IMG/VR virus record: IMGVR_UViG_3300027770_000027 | Coordinates: 1 to 64,000 of that record | Reading direction: 5' to 3' (one strand) | Length of the DNA: 64,000 bases | In this document: one piece after another, positions 19,213-28,858 of the stretch | Position numbering within the stretch: the first letter of the stretch is position 1 | Layout of the letters: every line of letters starts with the position of its first letter | Made by a program: the position numbers and the translations under genes | Notes under the pieces: generated by a model | What the model saw: the letters and a program-made list of their open reading frames with translations, nothing else | Databases searched by the model: none | What the model was told of the DNA's origin: nothing

Positions 19213-19560
19213 ATGAGTCGCTTTGATGATATTATTAAAAACACCTTAAATCAGGTAAATGAAACTGCTTCTATATTGTCAGACATATATTCAAGCACAG
19301 ATCCTCAAAAGGTTACTTTGATTAATCAAGCACTTATAAAGTTGGCACAAAAGACTGGATCCAATCAATTAATGGGAACAGAAAAGGCTGCACTTGATGA
19401 ATTCGGAAAGGCATTTGCTTCTAAGATGACATCCACCACTCCCTCAACCTCTGCAGTCAATCCCACAGGAGCACCTACCACACCAGCGCCCACCACAGCT
19501 GCTGTTGGTCCTGGATCCAATCCAGTAAGTCAACAGATTAGTTCTACAGCAGGATACTAA
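19213..19560 (+). CDS. Hypothetical protein, possible internal head protein
   Basis: Likely start MSRFDDIIKNTLNQVNE after CTAAATA; Thr/Pro-rich tail. Confidence 0.5.
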   Translation: MSRFDDIIKNTLNQVNETASILSDIYSSTDPQKVTLINQALIKLAQKTGSNQLMGTEKAALDEFGKAFASKMTSTTPSTSAVNPTGAPTTPAPTTAAVGPGSNPVSQQISSTAGY

Positions 19561-19570
19561 ATAACTATAT

Positions 19571-20368
19571 ATGGGAAAAAAACCCCGTTCGAAAAGCCGG
19601 CCAATGGCAGAATTAGTATTGGAAAATACTGATGAACCAAAGGATACATCACCAAGAGTCTATCAGAGAGACAAAATAAATTTTGACTTTAATTGTAGAC
19701 CACTTCCGTGGACAGAAAAACAAAAAGCCCTTATCGCTACGTTATTGGATAAAAAAACTAAATGTGTTTTCATAGAAGGACCCGCAGGAACTTCCAAAAC
19801 ATGTACGGCGGTTTATGCTGGTCTACAATTATTGAAACTTAAAAAAGCTTCTGATATTATTTTTGTAAGAAGTGCCGTGGAGAGTGCTGATAGTAAAATT
19901 GGCTACCTGCCCGGTACTATAGATGAAAAGTTTGAAGCTTATATGGCACCGTTTACAGAAAAGATGGAAGAATTTCTAGACTCTGGTACTATTAAAAGGT
20001 TACACACAGATAAAAGAGTTAGTGCTATGCCGGTGAATTACATAAGAGGTCTTCACTGGCCTGCAAAGGTTATTATAGTAGATGAATGTCAAAATATTAC
20101 CTTTAAAGAATTAACAACAACCATTACCCGGTTGGGAGAATTTTCAAAAATTATCTTTTTAGGAGATCCCAAACAATCAGACTTGCCTCCAAATAAATCT
20201 GGAGGATTTGCTAGAATGTGTGAACTATTTTCCGGACAAGATAGTATAGATCATGGAGTTTTTCACTTTAAATTTGACAAAGAAGACATTGTTCGTTCAG
20301 AATTTGTTAAATTTGTGGTGTCTAAATTAGAAGAAACTCCACCATCCCATGAGATGTTTCCGGTATAA
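19571..20368 (+). CDS. phoH: PhoH-family ATPase
   Basis: GPAGTSKT, GYLPG...EK, YIRG, IIVDECQN, TRLGEFSKIIFLGDPKQSD, IVRS. Confidence 0.95.
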   Translation: MGKKPRSKSRPMAELVLENTDEPKDTSPRVYQRDKINFDFNCRPLPWTEKQKALIATLLDKKTKCVFIEGPAGTSKTCTAVYAGLQLLKLKKASDIIFVRSAVESADSKIGYLPGTIDEKFEAYMAPFTEKMEEFLDSGTIKRLHTDKRVSAMPVNYIRGLHWPAKVIIVDECQNITFKELTTTITRLGEFSKIIFLGDPKQSDLPPNKSGGFARMCELFSGQDSIDHGVFHFKFDKEDIVRSEFVKFVVSKLEETPPSHEMFPV

Positions 20369-20383
20369 CCTGTAAGTATACAT

Positions 20384-20575
20384 ATGAGCAATCAGAATCA
20401 AAAACCAGAATATCAAACTCTAGCCAATAAGCCAATTGGATGCACTTATTGTGGCAATCATGTACAAGGAAAAATTGAAGAACAATATGATCCACGTACC
20501 AAAGTTGTCAATAAATTAATTAAGTGGAACTGTGGTCGTTGTGGTAATGTAGTAAGAATAGGCAAACCACAATAA
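20384..20575 (+). CDS. Small zinc-ribbon protein
   Basis: CTYC...CGRC. Confidence 0.55.
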   Translation: MSNQNQKPEYQTLANKPIGCTYCGNHVQGKIEEQYDPRTKVVNKLIKWNCGRCGNVVRIGKPQ

Positions 20576-20582
20576 TTTCTTT

Positions 20583-21065
20583 ATGGACGTGAATAAAATC
20601 TTTAACGAGGCCTTAGACGGACTCTGGAACAATACTAGTTATGGTGGCCAGAGTGACCCTCCTCGAAAAGATTTTAGTCCACAAAGTAGTGCTCAAGGGT
20701 ATAATTTTCCCTATCAAAAAAATAAAGGACCAGTATTTCCCCCGACTGCTCCTGGACCCGAGGCCCCAATAAATCTAGCATGGCCTCTTCAAACCATTAC
20801 ATATGATCTGGCAGACAGTTTTACCTATCTGTTAGCAGCCTCTAATAAGTTAGAAAATTGTAGACAATTAAATACGGCCATATCAAAGAAACAACGAAAG
20901 CAATTAGACTCTCTTCTTACTTTTTCTGCAAAAATTATGACGGCCATACAAAAATTAGATGCAGAGATTGGTTTAGTAGCAAATCTCTCTAATGAACAAC
21001 CCCCGATGAATCCTCATCAAGAAAGAGATCCGAATAGTGTTGCAGTTCCCTTGAAAAATATGTAA
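20583..21065 (+). CDS. Hypothetical protein
   Basis: 160-aa ORF in a tight operon; N-terminal IFNEA. Confidence 0.5.
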   Translation: MDVNKIFNEALDGLWNNTSYGGQSDPPRKDFSPQSSAQGYNFPYQKNKGPVFPPTAPGPEAPINLAWPLQTITYDLADSFTYLLAASNKLENCRQLNTAISKKQRKQLDSLLTFSAKIMTAIQKLDAEIGLVANLSNEQPPMNPHQERDPNSVAVPLKNM

Positions 21066-21068
21066 TAT

Positions 21069-21482
21069 TTGTTTATGAAAATAAACAAAAACTTGTTTGA
21101 CTTTTTGAAGTCAACATCTGTAGTAATGTTTACCTCCTCTCTTGTGGGGTTATCATTTATCCTTCTAGAAAAACCTTTTTGGCCGGCTTTTATTCTAGCG
21201 GTGTGTACACAGTATATACTCTTTTCCTTTGTTGCAAACCTAATCAATAGTTTCTTAGCAGCTTCTGTTAGACAAAAGGAATTAGATGTTCTAGAACCTC
21301 TTTCATCTATTCTCCAATGTGCAACTTGCTCTGCTTCTAATGTTATTACATTTGTGCCTAATCAAAATGAGAGGGTAGAATTTGTATGTGACAGTCCTAC
21401 ATGTGCTAGTAAGAATGTAGTGAATATTAATTTTACAGTGGCTCGTGTCACAGAATTCAATGATCCTATTGAAATTAAATAA
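21069..21482 (+). CDS. Membrane protein with a C-terminal Zn-ribbon
   Basis: Two hydrophobic helices, then CATC...CDSPTC. Confidence 0.55.
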   Translation: MFMKINKNLFDFLKSTSVVMFTSSLVGLSFILLEKPFWPAFILAVCTQYILFSFVANLINSFLAASVRQKELDVLEPLSSILQCATCSASNVITFVPNQNERVEFVCDSPTCASKNVVNINFTVARVTEFNDPIEIK

Positions 21483-21483
21483 T

Positions 21484-21810
21484 ATGAAAACCAAGACAAA
21501 ACCAGAACAGTTCACAGAAGAACCTAAACAAAATCCTTTGGCTTGGTGGGGTGAAACACAAGAAAAGGCCTTAACATTAGCAAAGTGGATGTCTCTGTAT
21601 GAGGCAGTTAATTATATAGCAGACAAAGCTGATGAAAAGCAGATTCCTATTGATGATGTAGATTTTAAACCACTAGATATTCGTGACTATATGGAATCTA
21701 CCCAGGATATCTTTTTACGTAAAATTTTAGAACACGATTATAAAATTCATATCTGTGCCTCCTCTGATAATGTTGTAGACAACGTAGAAGTTGAATTAAA
21801 TCCTACTTAA
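21484..21810 (+). CDS. Hypothetical acidic protein
   Basis: Likely start MKTKTK immediately after the upstream stop. Confidence 0.5.
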   Translation: MKTKTKPEQFTEEPKQNPLAWWGETQEKALTLAKWMSLYEAVNYIADKADEKQIPIDDVDFKPLDIRDYMESTQDIFLRKILEHDYKIHICASSDNVVDNVEVELNPT

Positions 21811-22439
21811 TAATTTCCATAAACAGAAGTTCTGCTGTCTGGGTTATCCACAATGTAATCAAAGTGTTCTTGTGTAGAATGTTCTTCAATGATGTCGTTA
21901 TCATCATGGGTAATATTACCAACACCAGGCCCAGGCGCAGTCGGCTCGAAGCTATAGTTACACCTTTTAGCAGACCAGAACCAAACATAATGTCCTCCGA
22001 GGGCATTTACTTTAAATTCATCAATAGCTTCTGTTATCTCATACACAGTAGCTCCTCGTTTAGGAAATCCTAAACGATCAGATCCATATTCAGACAGTAC
22101 CACTACATCACCAGCCTTGGGTTCTGCAGATACTCCAAAAACTGCTGTAAACATTTCTGGATGAATAACGGAAGCAACCTCCCCATCTGCAACTAAACCA
22201 AATTTAGACAACATAATAGCATCGTTGTTTAAATTTAAATAAACAATTAATGGTTTTGGCACTTCAAAACCAGCCATTGGTTGTTCTCCGTAAAGTTGAT
22301 TAGCAGCTGATAAAGATGTGTTATTAACATAATACATTACTTCCTGACCTTTTATTGAAATCTGTTCTTTCCACCAATTAGAAATCAAATAACGTTCAGA
22401 AGCATTTGTTTGTTTATTTAAATATCGTAAGTTGTCCAT
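21807..22439 (-). CDS. Neck/head-closure protein (T4 gp14-like)
   Basis: ISIKGQEVMYY...LYGE...MLSKFGL...EPKAGDVV...YEIT. Confidence 0.75.
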   Translation of the reverse strand: MDNLRYLNKQTNASERYLISNWWKEQISIKGQEVMYYVNNTSLSAANQLYGEQPMAGFEVPKPLIVYLNLNNDAIMLSKFGLVADGEVASVIHPEMFTAVFGVSAEPKAGDVVVLSEYGSDRLGFPKRGATVYEITEAIDEFKVNALGGHYVWFWSAKRCNYSFEPTAPGPGVGNITHDDNDIIEEHSTQEHFDYIVDNPDSRTSVYGNY

Positions 22440-22440
22440 A

Positions 22441-22854
22441 TTATCGTTTAAATAATGTCCAAGTTTGTCTGTCTGGAAAAAACTTTATACAGACTTTAGC
22501 ACCAGTAAGTTTACATTTTATCCCGTGAATGGACTTAACATAAGAATCTTCTTGATCATGGTCATGTTTAATCTTATAAAGACTAAAAATTGGTTGTACC
22601 AAATTCCATTTTAAATTTGGCATTAGAGTGGTGCCACTATTAATAAATTTATTAATAAGAGGATGTTCCGCATCTTTTTTTGTGTGAGAAACTGCTACTA
22701 GGTTTTCTTTACCACTCTTGCGGTGTCCCATTTTCATCAAGCGATCTTTACTTTGATGATGAGTACGAGAATTGGCAGTAAATTTGTCAGATTTATTGAA
22801 TTGAGGTTTTAGAGATTCTCCTCGCTTATAAAATGAAAAAAATGAATCTAACAT
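22441..22854 (-). CDS. Hypothetical basic protein
   Basis: Start MLDSFF follows CTAAGTA; the longer ORF-track start runs through the terminator. Confidence 0.5.
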   Translation of the reverse strand: MLDSFFSFYKRGESLKPQFNKSDKFTANSRTHHQSKDRLMKMGHRKSGKENLVAVSHTKKDAEHPLINKFINSGTTLMPNLKWNLVQPIFSLYKIKHDHDQEDSYVKSIHGIKCKLTGAKVCIKFFPDRQTWTLFKR

Positions 22855-22871
22855 AACATAGATACTTAGGC

Positions 22872-22903
22872 AAAAAAAACTCCGTCTCAAGGACGGAGTT
22901 TTT
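22872..22903. terminator. Intrinsic terminator, possibly bidirectional
   Basis: AAAAACTCCGTC-tcaag-GACGGAGTTTTT with A8 on the left and a T-run on the right. Confidence 0.85.
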
Positions 22904-22925
22904 ATTTTTTAGACTTACGCTTAAT

Positions 22926-23846
22926 TTACTGATCGTTCCAGAATTTGCCTTGTCTTACATAGTCTGTTTTTTGTCCAGACTTACTCTGTAGAGGGGCAAT
23001 ATTTCCTTTGAATTCTGTGGGCTTACCATCTACCTTAGCACCTTTAGGAACTTGGGCCTTTCCCTTGGCAACATTAACAGCTCCTTTAACAACATTGTTT
23101 TTAGGATTTGTAAAGTTGTTGGCAAGACGTTCAAGATCTACTAAAGCAGTGCCAAGTTCTTCGGCGTCTACTTCTTCTTCAACTTTACTGTCTTCACCGT
23201 CTTCTTCACCACCTTCTTCACCTTCTTCTTCGTTAACGGTGTTTTCTCCAAAGGGATTACCAGTACCTTCTTCTCCTTCTTCGTCTTCTTCTCCTTCTTC
23301 GTCTTCTTCTCCTTCTTCTTCGCCACCTTCTTCATGTTCTTCTTCTTCTTCTTCTTCTTCAGATTCACCTTCTTCGTGTCCTGTGGCCTTTTCCAAAGCA
23401 GCTACGGCTGCTCTTAAAGCATGTAACACTTGAACCATGGGGTCTTCATCTTCTTCAGAGGCTTCTGCTTCTCCTTCACCGGATTCTGCATCACCGCTAA
23501 AATTTAAATCTAAATCACCAGCGGGGGCTCCACCAAAGTTAGGTTGGCTGTTGGCTTCTTCATCAGATTCCCAGTTTTCCTGAGCTAAAATTTTATTATA
23601 AAGAGAATCAAAGGGATTGGTTGAAGCATTAACTAAAGTTTTCTTAAGGGGTTTGGGAGAAGTTTCTGCCCCGTCTGAATTAAGTTCCTTAGAAGCTTCT
23701 TTAGGTTTGTCAACCGTTTCACCTTCTTGTTTGTTGATCTTCACCTTACCGAAATAAGGATCCTTTGAGGGAGTGATATCGGAACCTTTAACGGCTTGAC
23801 CTTCACTTTCGTTTAAGATTTTGTTGTAAGCATCTAGTAATGACAT
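22926..23846 (-). CDS. Highly acidic protein, possible prohead core/scaffold
   Basis: Central poly-Glu tract, basic C-terminus, two ILxE/LAQE motifs. Confidence 0.5.
   Translation of the reverse strand: MSLLDAYNKILNESEGQAVKGSDITPSKDPYFGKVKINKQEGETVDKPKEASKELNSDGAETSPKPLKKTLVNASTNPFDSLYNKILAQENWESDEEANSQPNFGGAPAGDLDLNFSGDAESGEGEAEASEEDEDPMVQVLHALRAAVAALEKATGHEEGESEEEEEEEEHEEGGEEEGEEDEEGEEDEEGEEGTGNPFGENTVNEEEGEEGGEEDGEDSKVEEEVDAEELGTALVDLERLANNFTNPKNNVVKGAVNVAKGKAQVPKGAKVDGKPTEFKGNIAPLQSKSGQKTDYVRQGKFWNDQ
23230..23370 (-). repeat. Coding low-complexity (GAA)n / 18-nt EEGEED repeat
   Basis: ttctccttcttcgtcttc is repeated tandemly within the Glu tract. Confidence 0.7.
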
Positions 23847-23885
23847 AAGCGTTTGTAAGAATATTTACCTTTTAAGTAGGCCAAT

Positions 23886-24683
23886 TCAATTGTTAGACAG
23901 AGTTTTTTCTGCTTCTAAAATCATTTTTGCTTCCTCTTTAAGGTCTAATGTGGGTATTAATTCATATTTATCTCCACCAATCCACACTATGTTAGATTCT
24001 TTTATTTTAATATTAGTATTGCGTTCAATTATAAGAGAATACAGATGTAACTGTAAACTATATTTAGTTATTGAATTATTGGATAGATGACTCAAAATTC
24101 CAGTCAAGTTATCTTTAGCCTTACTATGCACGTCCTTATTGGTCTTGTAGTCAAATACTATAATAGTTTGATCTTTTGTGTTAAAGGAAAGGTTGTCCAG
24201 AGTTCCACACACAGAGGATTCCTTATCTCCTATAACAAATTCTGAACGCAATATAACATGTTCTTGATTAAACCATTCATAAAAATTTAAAAAATGATTT
24301 ACATGATTAGCAACATCTTTGTAAAAGGTATCCTCATCTAGATAATCTGGATATTTTCTAATAAAACTTTTAATGACATTTTTATCCAGAGGACTTTTTT
24401 TTCTTAAAAAATAGTTTTCAATGTATGAATGTACCAATGTACCCTTTTCACAAGAATAATCTCTTTTGAAGTCCCACAACTGTCTTACTTCACCCACCGG
24501 CACTCCTTGGTTCTTGGCTACAATTCGAGAAATCTTATCTACATCAAAAGGTACTTCGTATTGTTTAATAATTCGAGATATAGATTTGCCAGAAGTGGTA
24601 TTCCCTATTTTATAGGAATGTCCTTCTTCATAAAAAAAGATATCCTTGAAGGCCAAATCCAATTCTATCAGGTCTTTTGTCAT
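23886..24683 (-). CDS. PD-(D/E)xK (Cas4/RecB-like) exonuclease
   Basis: KGTLVHSYIE, SEFVI, CGTLDNL, VFDYKT, YSLQLHLY; first ATG is at 24683. Confidence 0.8.
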   Translation of the reverse strand: MTKDLIELDLAFKDIFFYEEGHSYKIGNTTSGKSISRIIKQYEVPFDVDKISRIVAKNQGVPVGEVRQLWDFKRDYSCEKGTLVHSYIENYFLRKKSPLDKNVIKSFIRKYPDYLDEDTFYKDVANHVNHFLNFYEWFNQEHVILRSEFVIGDKESSVCGTLDNLSFNTKDQTIIVFDYKTNKDVHSKAKDNLTGILSHLSNNSITKYSLQLHLYSLIIERNTNIKIKESNIVWIGGDKYELIPTLDLKEEAKMILEAEKTLSNN

Positions 24684-24727
24684 TATGTTTTCATTATAGA
24701 TCTCTTTTTTAAAAATGCTCTTTTTGC

Positions 24728-24762
24728 TTGACAAATTCTTTAAAACCTGTGATAATTATAAT
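24728..24762 (+). promoter_or_regulatory. Sigma70-like promoter 6 nt from the ATG
   Basis: TTGACA-17 nt-GATAAT-tataat-ATG(24763). Confidence 0.7.
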
Positions 24763-25107
24763 ATGAAGAAGCTATCTGAAAAATTCATCAAAAAGAGTTT
24801 TAGACACGTCCTGGTAAAAAGAGAAGGTGATGTGGCAATATACAAGCGTCGACATATTGAAAACACAGGGCGGTGGCATTATGAAGTGGTAGTTATTACT
24901 TCACACGATGGGACTTATATTAATGAAAACCTCATTGAAGCTAGTGAGATTTATCCTAGCACTTCGCAATGGGGACTCATGGGATGGACGCACACTACCA
25001 TAGAGGAGGCAGAAAAACGATTTCTTTTAACTTTAAAAAGAGTACAAACCTCAGAAGAGAATAAGATAGCAAAGGCGGAAAAGGCATCAAAAAAACAAAG
25101 CAAGTAG
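24763..25107 (+). CDS. Hypothetical protein
   Basis: MKKLSEK... start follows the promoter. Confidence 0.55.
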   Translation: MKKLSEKFIKKSFRHVLVKREGDVAIYKRRHIENTGRWHYEVVVITSHDGTYINENLIEASEIYPSTSQWGLMGWTHTTIEEAEKRFLLTLKRVQTSEENKIAKAEKASKKQSK

Positions 25108-25112
25108 TCTTC

Positions 25113-25520
25113 ATGAAGCTTTCTAAGGAAGATTTAACCAATCTGTTTAAAAAGATAATGATTCTGGTGAAAACACAACCACCAGAATTTTTTAATCTTC
25201 GTAAAATGAGTGGCACAGTGGGCCTGTGTTATTTTACAGATATTGAATTAGATTATAGAAGAGATATAATTCCTACTGCCTTTCATGAATTAATTCATTA
25301 TCTTTACCCCGATTGGCCAGAGTCTGCAGTCAGATATGCAGAGTCTCGGATTATTAATTTTTGCACCCCACTCCAGGTTGCATCATTTTTAAAAATTCTA
25401 GCAAATAAAATTTATAAAGCAGAGCTTGCTAAGCAGACTCTCACAGAAGGAAAACCCAAAAAATGCAGGGCTAAACATCTTAAAATAAAGATTAGAAAGC
25501 CAAATCAAAATTTAGACTAA
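25113..25520 (+). CDS. Putative HExxH metallopeptidase-like protein
   Basis: TVGLCY...TAFHELIHYLYP. Confidence 0.5.
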   Translation: MKLSKEDLTNLFKKIMILVKTQPPEFFNLRKMSGTVGLCYFTDIELDYRRDIIPTAFHELIHYLYPDWPESAVRYAESRIINFCTPLQVASFLKILANKIYKAELAKQTLTEGKPKKCRAKHLKIKIRKPNQNLD

Positions 25521-25539
25521 ATAGAGCACAACATTATTT

Positions 25540-27795
25540 ATGAGTGATAAAATTCTTCACGTTAAAAAGCGAGACGGTACACTAGTCCCGTTTCAAGTAG
25601 AAAATATTAATAAAGTTATCAAGTGGGCTGTGGACGGTATTACAGGTGTAAGTGTTTCAGATATTGAAATAAATACAAAGCTCAATCTTGTGGACGGCAT
25701 TTCTACTAAAGAAATTCACAAAGTTTTAATAGAATCTACCATTAATCTTTTTAATGAGGAAAATCCTAATTATCAATGGGTAGCATCTCGCCTATTAACT
25801 TATCAATTACGCAAAGATGTATGGGGAGGCAAAAATCCTCCGAGACTTTATGATTTTATTACACTTAATACTGAACGTAAGGTATATCATCCCGAGATCC
25901 TCCTTGCTTATTCTAAAACAGAAATAGATAAATTAGATGATAAAATTTCTCATAATAGAGATTATGATTTTACCTTTTCTGGAATAAAACAATTATGTGA
26001 TAAATATTTGATCCAAAATCGTAAGTCTAAAGAGATTTTTGAGACCCCTCAGTTTGCGTATATGTTGGCAGCAATGGTTAGTTACATTAACTATCCCGTT
26101 GAAACTCGCTTACAGTACGTTAAAAGAGCCTATGACAGATTCAGCAAATTTAAAATCAATCTCCCGACACCTCAAATGGCAGGAATTAGAGGATTGCTCA
26201 AACAATACGCCTCATGCTGTCTCATTGATGTGGACGATACTAAAGAATCCATTTTCAGCTCTAATACTGCTGCTGGCTTTGCTACTACCCAAAGATATGG
26301 CATCGGATTAAATTTTGGGAGAATTCGGGGTATTGGTACTGAAATTAAAAACGGCAGTGTCATTCATACGGGCATCATTCCCTTTCTCAAAGTATTTGAA
26401 GCCACTGTAAAGAGCTGTCAACAAAATGGTATTCGAGGTGGTGGAGCCACTGTTAATTTTCCTTTCTGGCATTATGAAATTGAAGATGTATTGGTTCTTA
26501 AAAACAATGGAGGAACAGAAGATAATAGAGTTCGTAAAGTTGATTATGTAATTCAATTTTCAAAATTATTTTATGAGAGATTCATGAGAAATGAATTCAT
26601 CACTTTGTTTTCTCCACATGAGGTTCCTGATCTGACAGAAGCTTTTGGACTTCCTCATTTTGATGAATTGTACGAAAAATATGAAAAGGATAAAAGTATT
26701 CGTTACAAGCGCAAGATCAAAGCAACCACTTTGATGTCACAATTTGTTAAAGAAAGAACAGAGACTGGAAGAATTTATGTAATGAATATAGATCACTGTA
26801 ATGAGCATGGATCTTTTGAGGATCGAGTTTGTATGACCAATCTTTGTGTTGAGGTTACTCATCCTACTAAGCCTATTCAACATATTGATGATCCGGATGC
26901 AGAAATTGGTATTTGTGTATTATCTGCTATTAACGTATTGGAAATTAAGGACGATCAGGACTTGGTAGACACCTGTGACATTATTGTTCGTATGTTAGAT
27001 GAATTGATTGATTATCAAGAATATTTTACAAAAGCCGCAGAGAACTTTACCAAAAAACGTAGAAGCCTTGGAGTTGGTATTACCAATTTAGCAGCATTGC
27101 TAGCTAAGAACAATCTCAAATACACAGATGTAGACGCTCCAAATTTTGTAGATGCGTTAATGGAAAAGATTCAATATAACCTTATTTCCGCCTCAGTTGA
27201 TTTGGCCGCTGAAAAGGGTGTGTGTGAAAAATTTAACAATACAAAATATTCAAAAGGTATTTTACCCATTGACACATATAAGAAGAAAATAGATGCGGTT
27301 GTTACTCGTAAACCCACATTAGATTGGGAATCTTTGAGACAGAGGATTATTACAACCGGAATGAGACACTCAACACTTACGGCATTAATGCCTTGTGAAT
27401 CTAGTTCTGTAATTCAAAATACTACAAACGGAATTGAACCACCCCGGTCTCTATTAACATATAAGGGATCAAAGGCAAATTCTGTGCCGGTACTTGTACC
27501 CAATTATAGCACTTGTAAAAATAAATATACTTTACAATTTGATATGCTTAATAATATGGGTTATATCAATATCGTAGCAGCCCTTCAAAAATGGGTAGAT
27601 ATGTCTATTTCTGCAAATCTTTATTACAATTATGAACACTATCCAAACAAAGCATTGCCGGATGCTTTGTTAATTAAAGAATTGTTATATGCATACAGCA
27701 TGGGTGTAAAGACTTTATATTATAGCAACACCTATGATGGAGACAAACAATCTGCAACTGATCAAGGATGTTCAAGTGGTGCTTGTGCAATTTAA
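25540..27795 (+). CDS. nrdA: Ribonucleotide reductase class Ia alpha subunit with ATP-cone
   Basis: VKKRDG ATP-cone, PTPQMAG, ASCCLI, TNLCVE, CVLS, LMPCESSS, KTLYY, C-terminal CSSGAC. Confidence 0.98.
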   Translation: MSDKILHVKKRDGTLVPFQVENINKVIKWAVDGITGVSVSDIEINTKLNLVDGISTKEIHKVLIESTINLFNEENPNYQWVASRLLTYQLRKDVWGGKNPPRLYDFITLNTERKVYHPEILLAYSKTEIDKLDDKISHNRDYDFTFSGIKQLCDKYLIQNRKSKEIFETPQFAYMLAAMVSYINYPVETRLQYVKRAYDRFSKFKINLPTPQMAGIRGLLKQYASCCLIDVDDTKESIFSSNTAAGFATTQRYGIGLNFGRIRGIGTEIKNGSVIHTGIIPFLKVFEATVKSCQQNGIRGGGATVNFPFWHYEIEDVLVLKNNGGTEDNRVRKVDYVIQFSKLFYERFMRNEFITLFSPHEVPDLTEAFGLPHFDELYEKYEKDKSIRYKRKIKATTLMSQFVKERTETGRIYVMNIDHCNEHGSFEDRVCMTNLCVEVTHPTKPIQHIDDPDAEIGICVLSAINVLEIKDDQDLVDTCDIIVRMLDELIDYQEYFTKAAENFTKKRRSLGVGITNLAALLAKNNLKYTDVDAPNFVDALMEKIQYNLISASVDLAAEKGVCEKFNNTKYSKGILPIDTYKKKIDAVVTRKPTLDWESLRQRIITTGMRHSTLTALMPCESSSVIQNTTNGIEPPRSLLTYKGSKANSVPVLVPNYSTCKNKYTLQFDMLNNMGYINIVAALQKWVDMSISANLYYNYEHYPNKALPDALLIKELLYAYSMGVKTLYYSNTYDGDKQSATDQGCSSGACAI

Positions 27796-27796
27796 T

Positions 27797-28858
27797 ATGA
27801 AAACTGTCCTCTCAACTAAAAATATTGATACTCGTCTACAACCATTGTTCTTGGGTGAACCATTAGCCCTTCAACGATACGATCAACTTAAATATCCCAA
27901 ATTGTATGAACTAGCAGAACAAATGGAAGAATATTTCTGGAGAGCTAAGGAAGTCAATCTGATGAAAGATCGGAATGATTATTTAGAACTATCAGATGCA
28001 GAACGATTTGTTTTTGATACAAACCTTAAATGGCAAACAACTACTGATTCTATGTTATCTCGTAGTTTACAAATTCTTACACAGTATGTTTCTAACCCAG
28101 AATTAGAAGCTTGTATGAATGCCTGGACTTTCTTTGAATCTAACATTCATTCTCGTTCTTATTCCCATATTCTCAAAAATGTATATCCCGATGAATCTGT
28201 TTTTTGGAATTCTATTCTAGAAGATGGAGAGGTCTCTCGTAGAGCAGATGAGATTAAAAATGACTATGATAAATTTTTTAATAATGATGGAGACATTAAA
28301 CAAAAGATATTTGATGCATTATTGTCTACTCAAATTACAGAAGGTCTTTCTTTTTATAGTTCTTTTGTATGTTCCTTTTTCTTTGCAGCAAGAGGTAAAA
28401 TGGAAGGAAATGGAAAAATTATTAAACTCATTGCAAGGGATGAAAATCTTCACGTTGCAGTTTCTAAAAATGTCCTAGATTATTTAAGAGATAATGAGGA
28501 TGAAGGATTTCAGCACATCATTCAAGCAAGTGAACAAAAGGTATACGAAGCATATACCATGGCAGTAGAGCATGAAAAGCGTTGGGCTGATTATCTGTTC
28601 TCTCATGGAAGTTTACTAGGTCTCAACGCAGACATCCTAAAAGGGTATGTAGAGTGGCTTGCTAACAACCGTTTATCTTCTCTCGGTTATAAGAAAATTT
28701 TTGAAATGAAGAAAAACCCTTTAGGTGCTTGGTATGACCAGTTCATGAACTCAGATAAAGTTCAAGTAGCTCCTCAAGAAACAGAGATCTCCTCTTATAA
28801 AATAGGAGCCAGAGACACACAGGTAGATATGGCTCAATTTGAAGGAATTGAACTTTAG
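27797..28858 (+). CDS. nrdB: Ribonucleotide reductase class I beta subunit
   Basis: FW..KEV, NLKWQTTTDS, IHSRSY, EGLSFYSSF, IARDENLH, VAPQETEISSY; start MKTVLS at 27797. Confidence 0.96.
   Translation: MKTVLSTKNIDTRLQPLFLGEPLALQRYDQLKYPKLYELAEQMEEYFWRAKEVNLMKDRNDYLELSDAERFVFDTNLKWQTTTDSMLSRSLQILTQYVSNPELEACMNAWTFFESNIHSRSYSHILKNVYPDESVFWNSILEDGEVSRRADEIKNDYDKFFNNDGDIKQKIFDALLSTQITEGLSFYSSFVCSFFFAARGKMEGNGKIIKLIARDENLHVAVSKNVLDYLRDNEDEGFQHIIQASEQKVYEAYTMAVEHEKRWADYLFSHGSLLGLNADILKGYVEWLANNRLSSLGYKKIFEMKKNPLGAWYDQFMNSDKVQVAPQETEISSYKIGARDTQVDMAQFEGIEL

Noticed and set aside
23886-24683. Cas4-like nuclease as evidence of a CRISPR system
   Set aside because: No cas1/cas2 or repeat-spacer array was seen in the window; solo PD-(D/E)xK exonucleases are ordinary in phages
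25540-28858. Inteins or group I introns in nrdA/nrdB (or terL)
   Set aside because: Lengths are normal (751, 353 and 625 aa) and motifs are contiguous; the nearby HNH gene is free-standing
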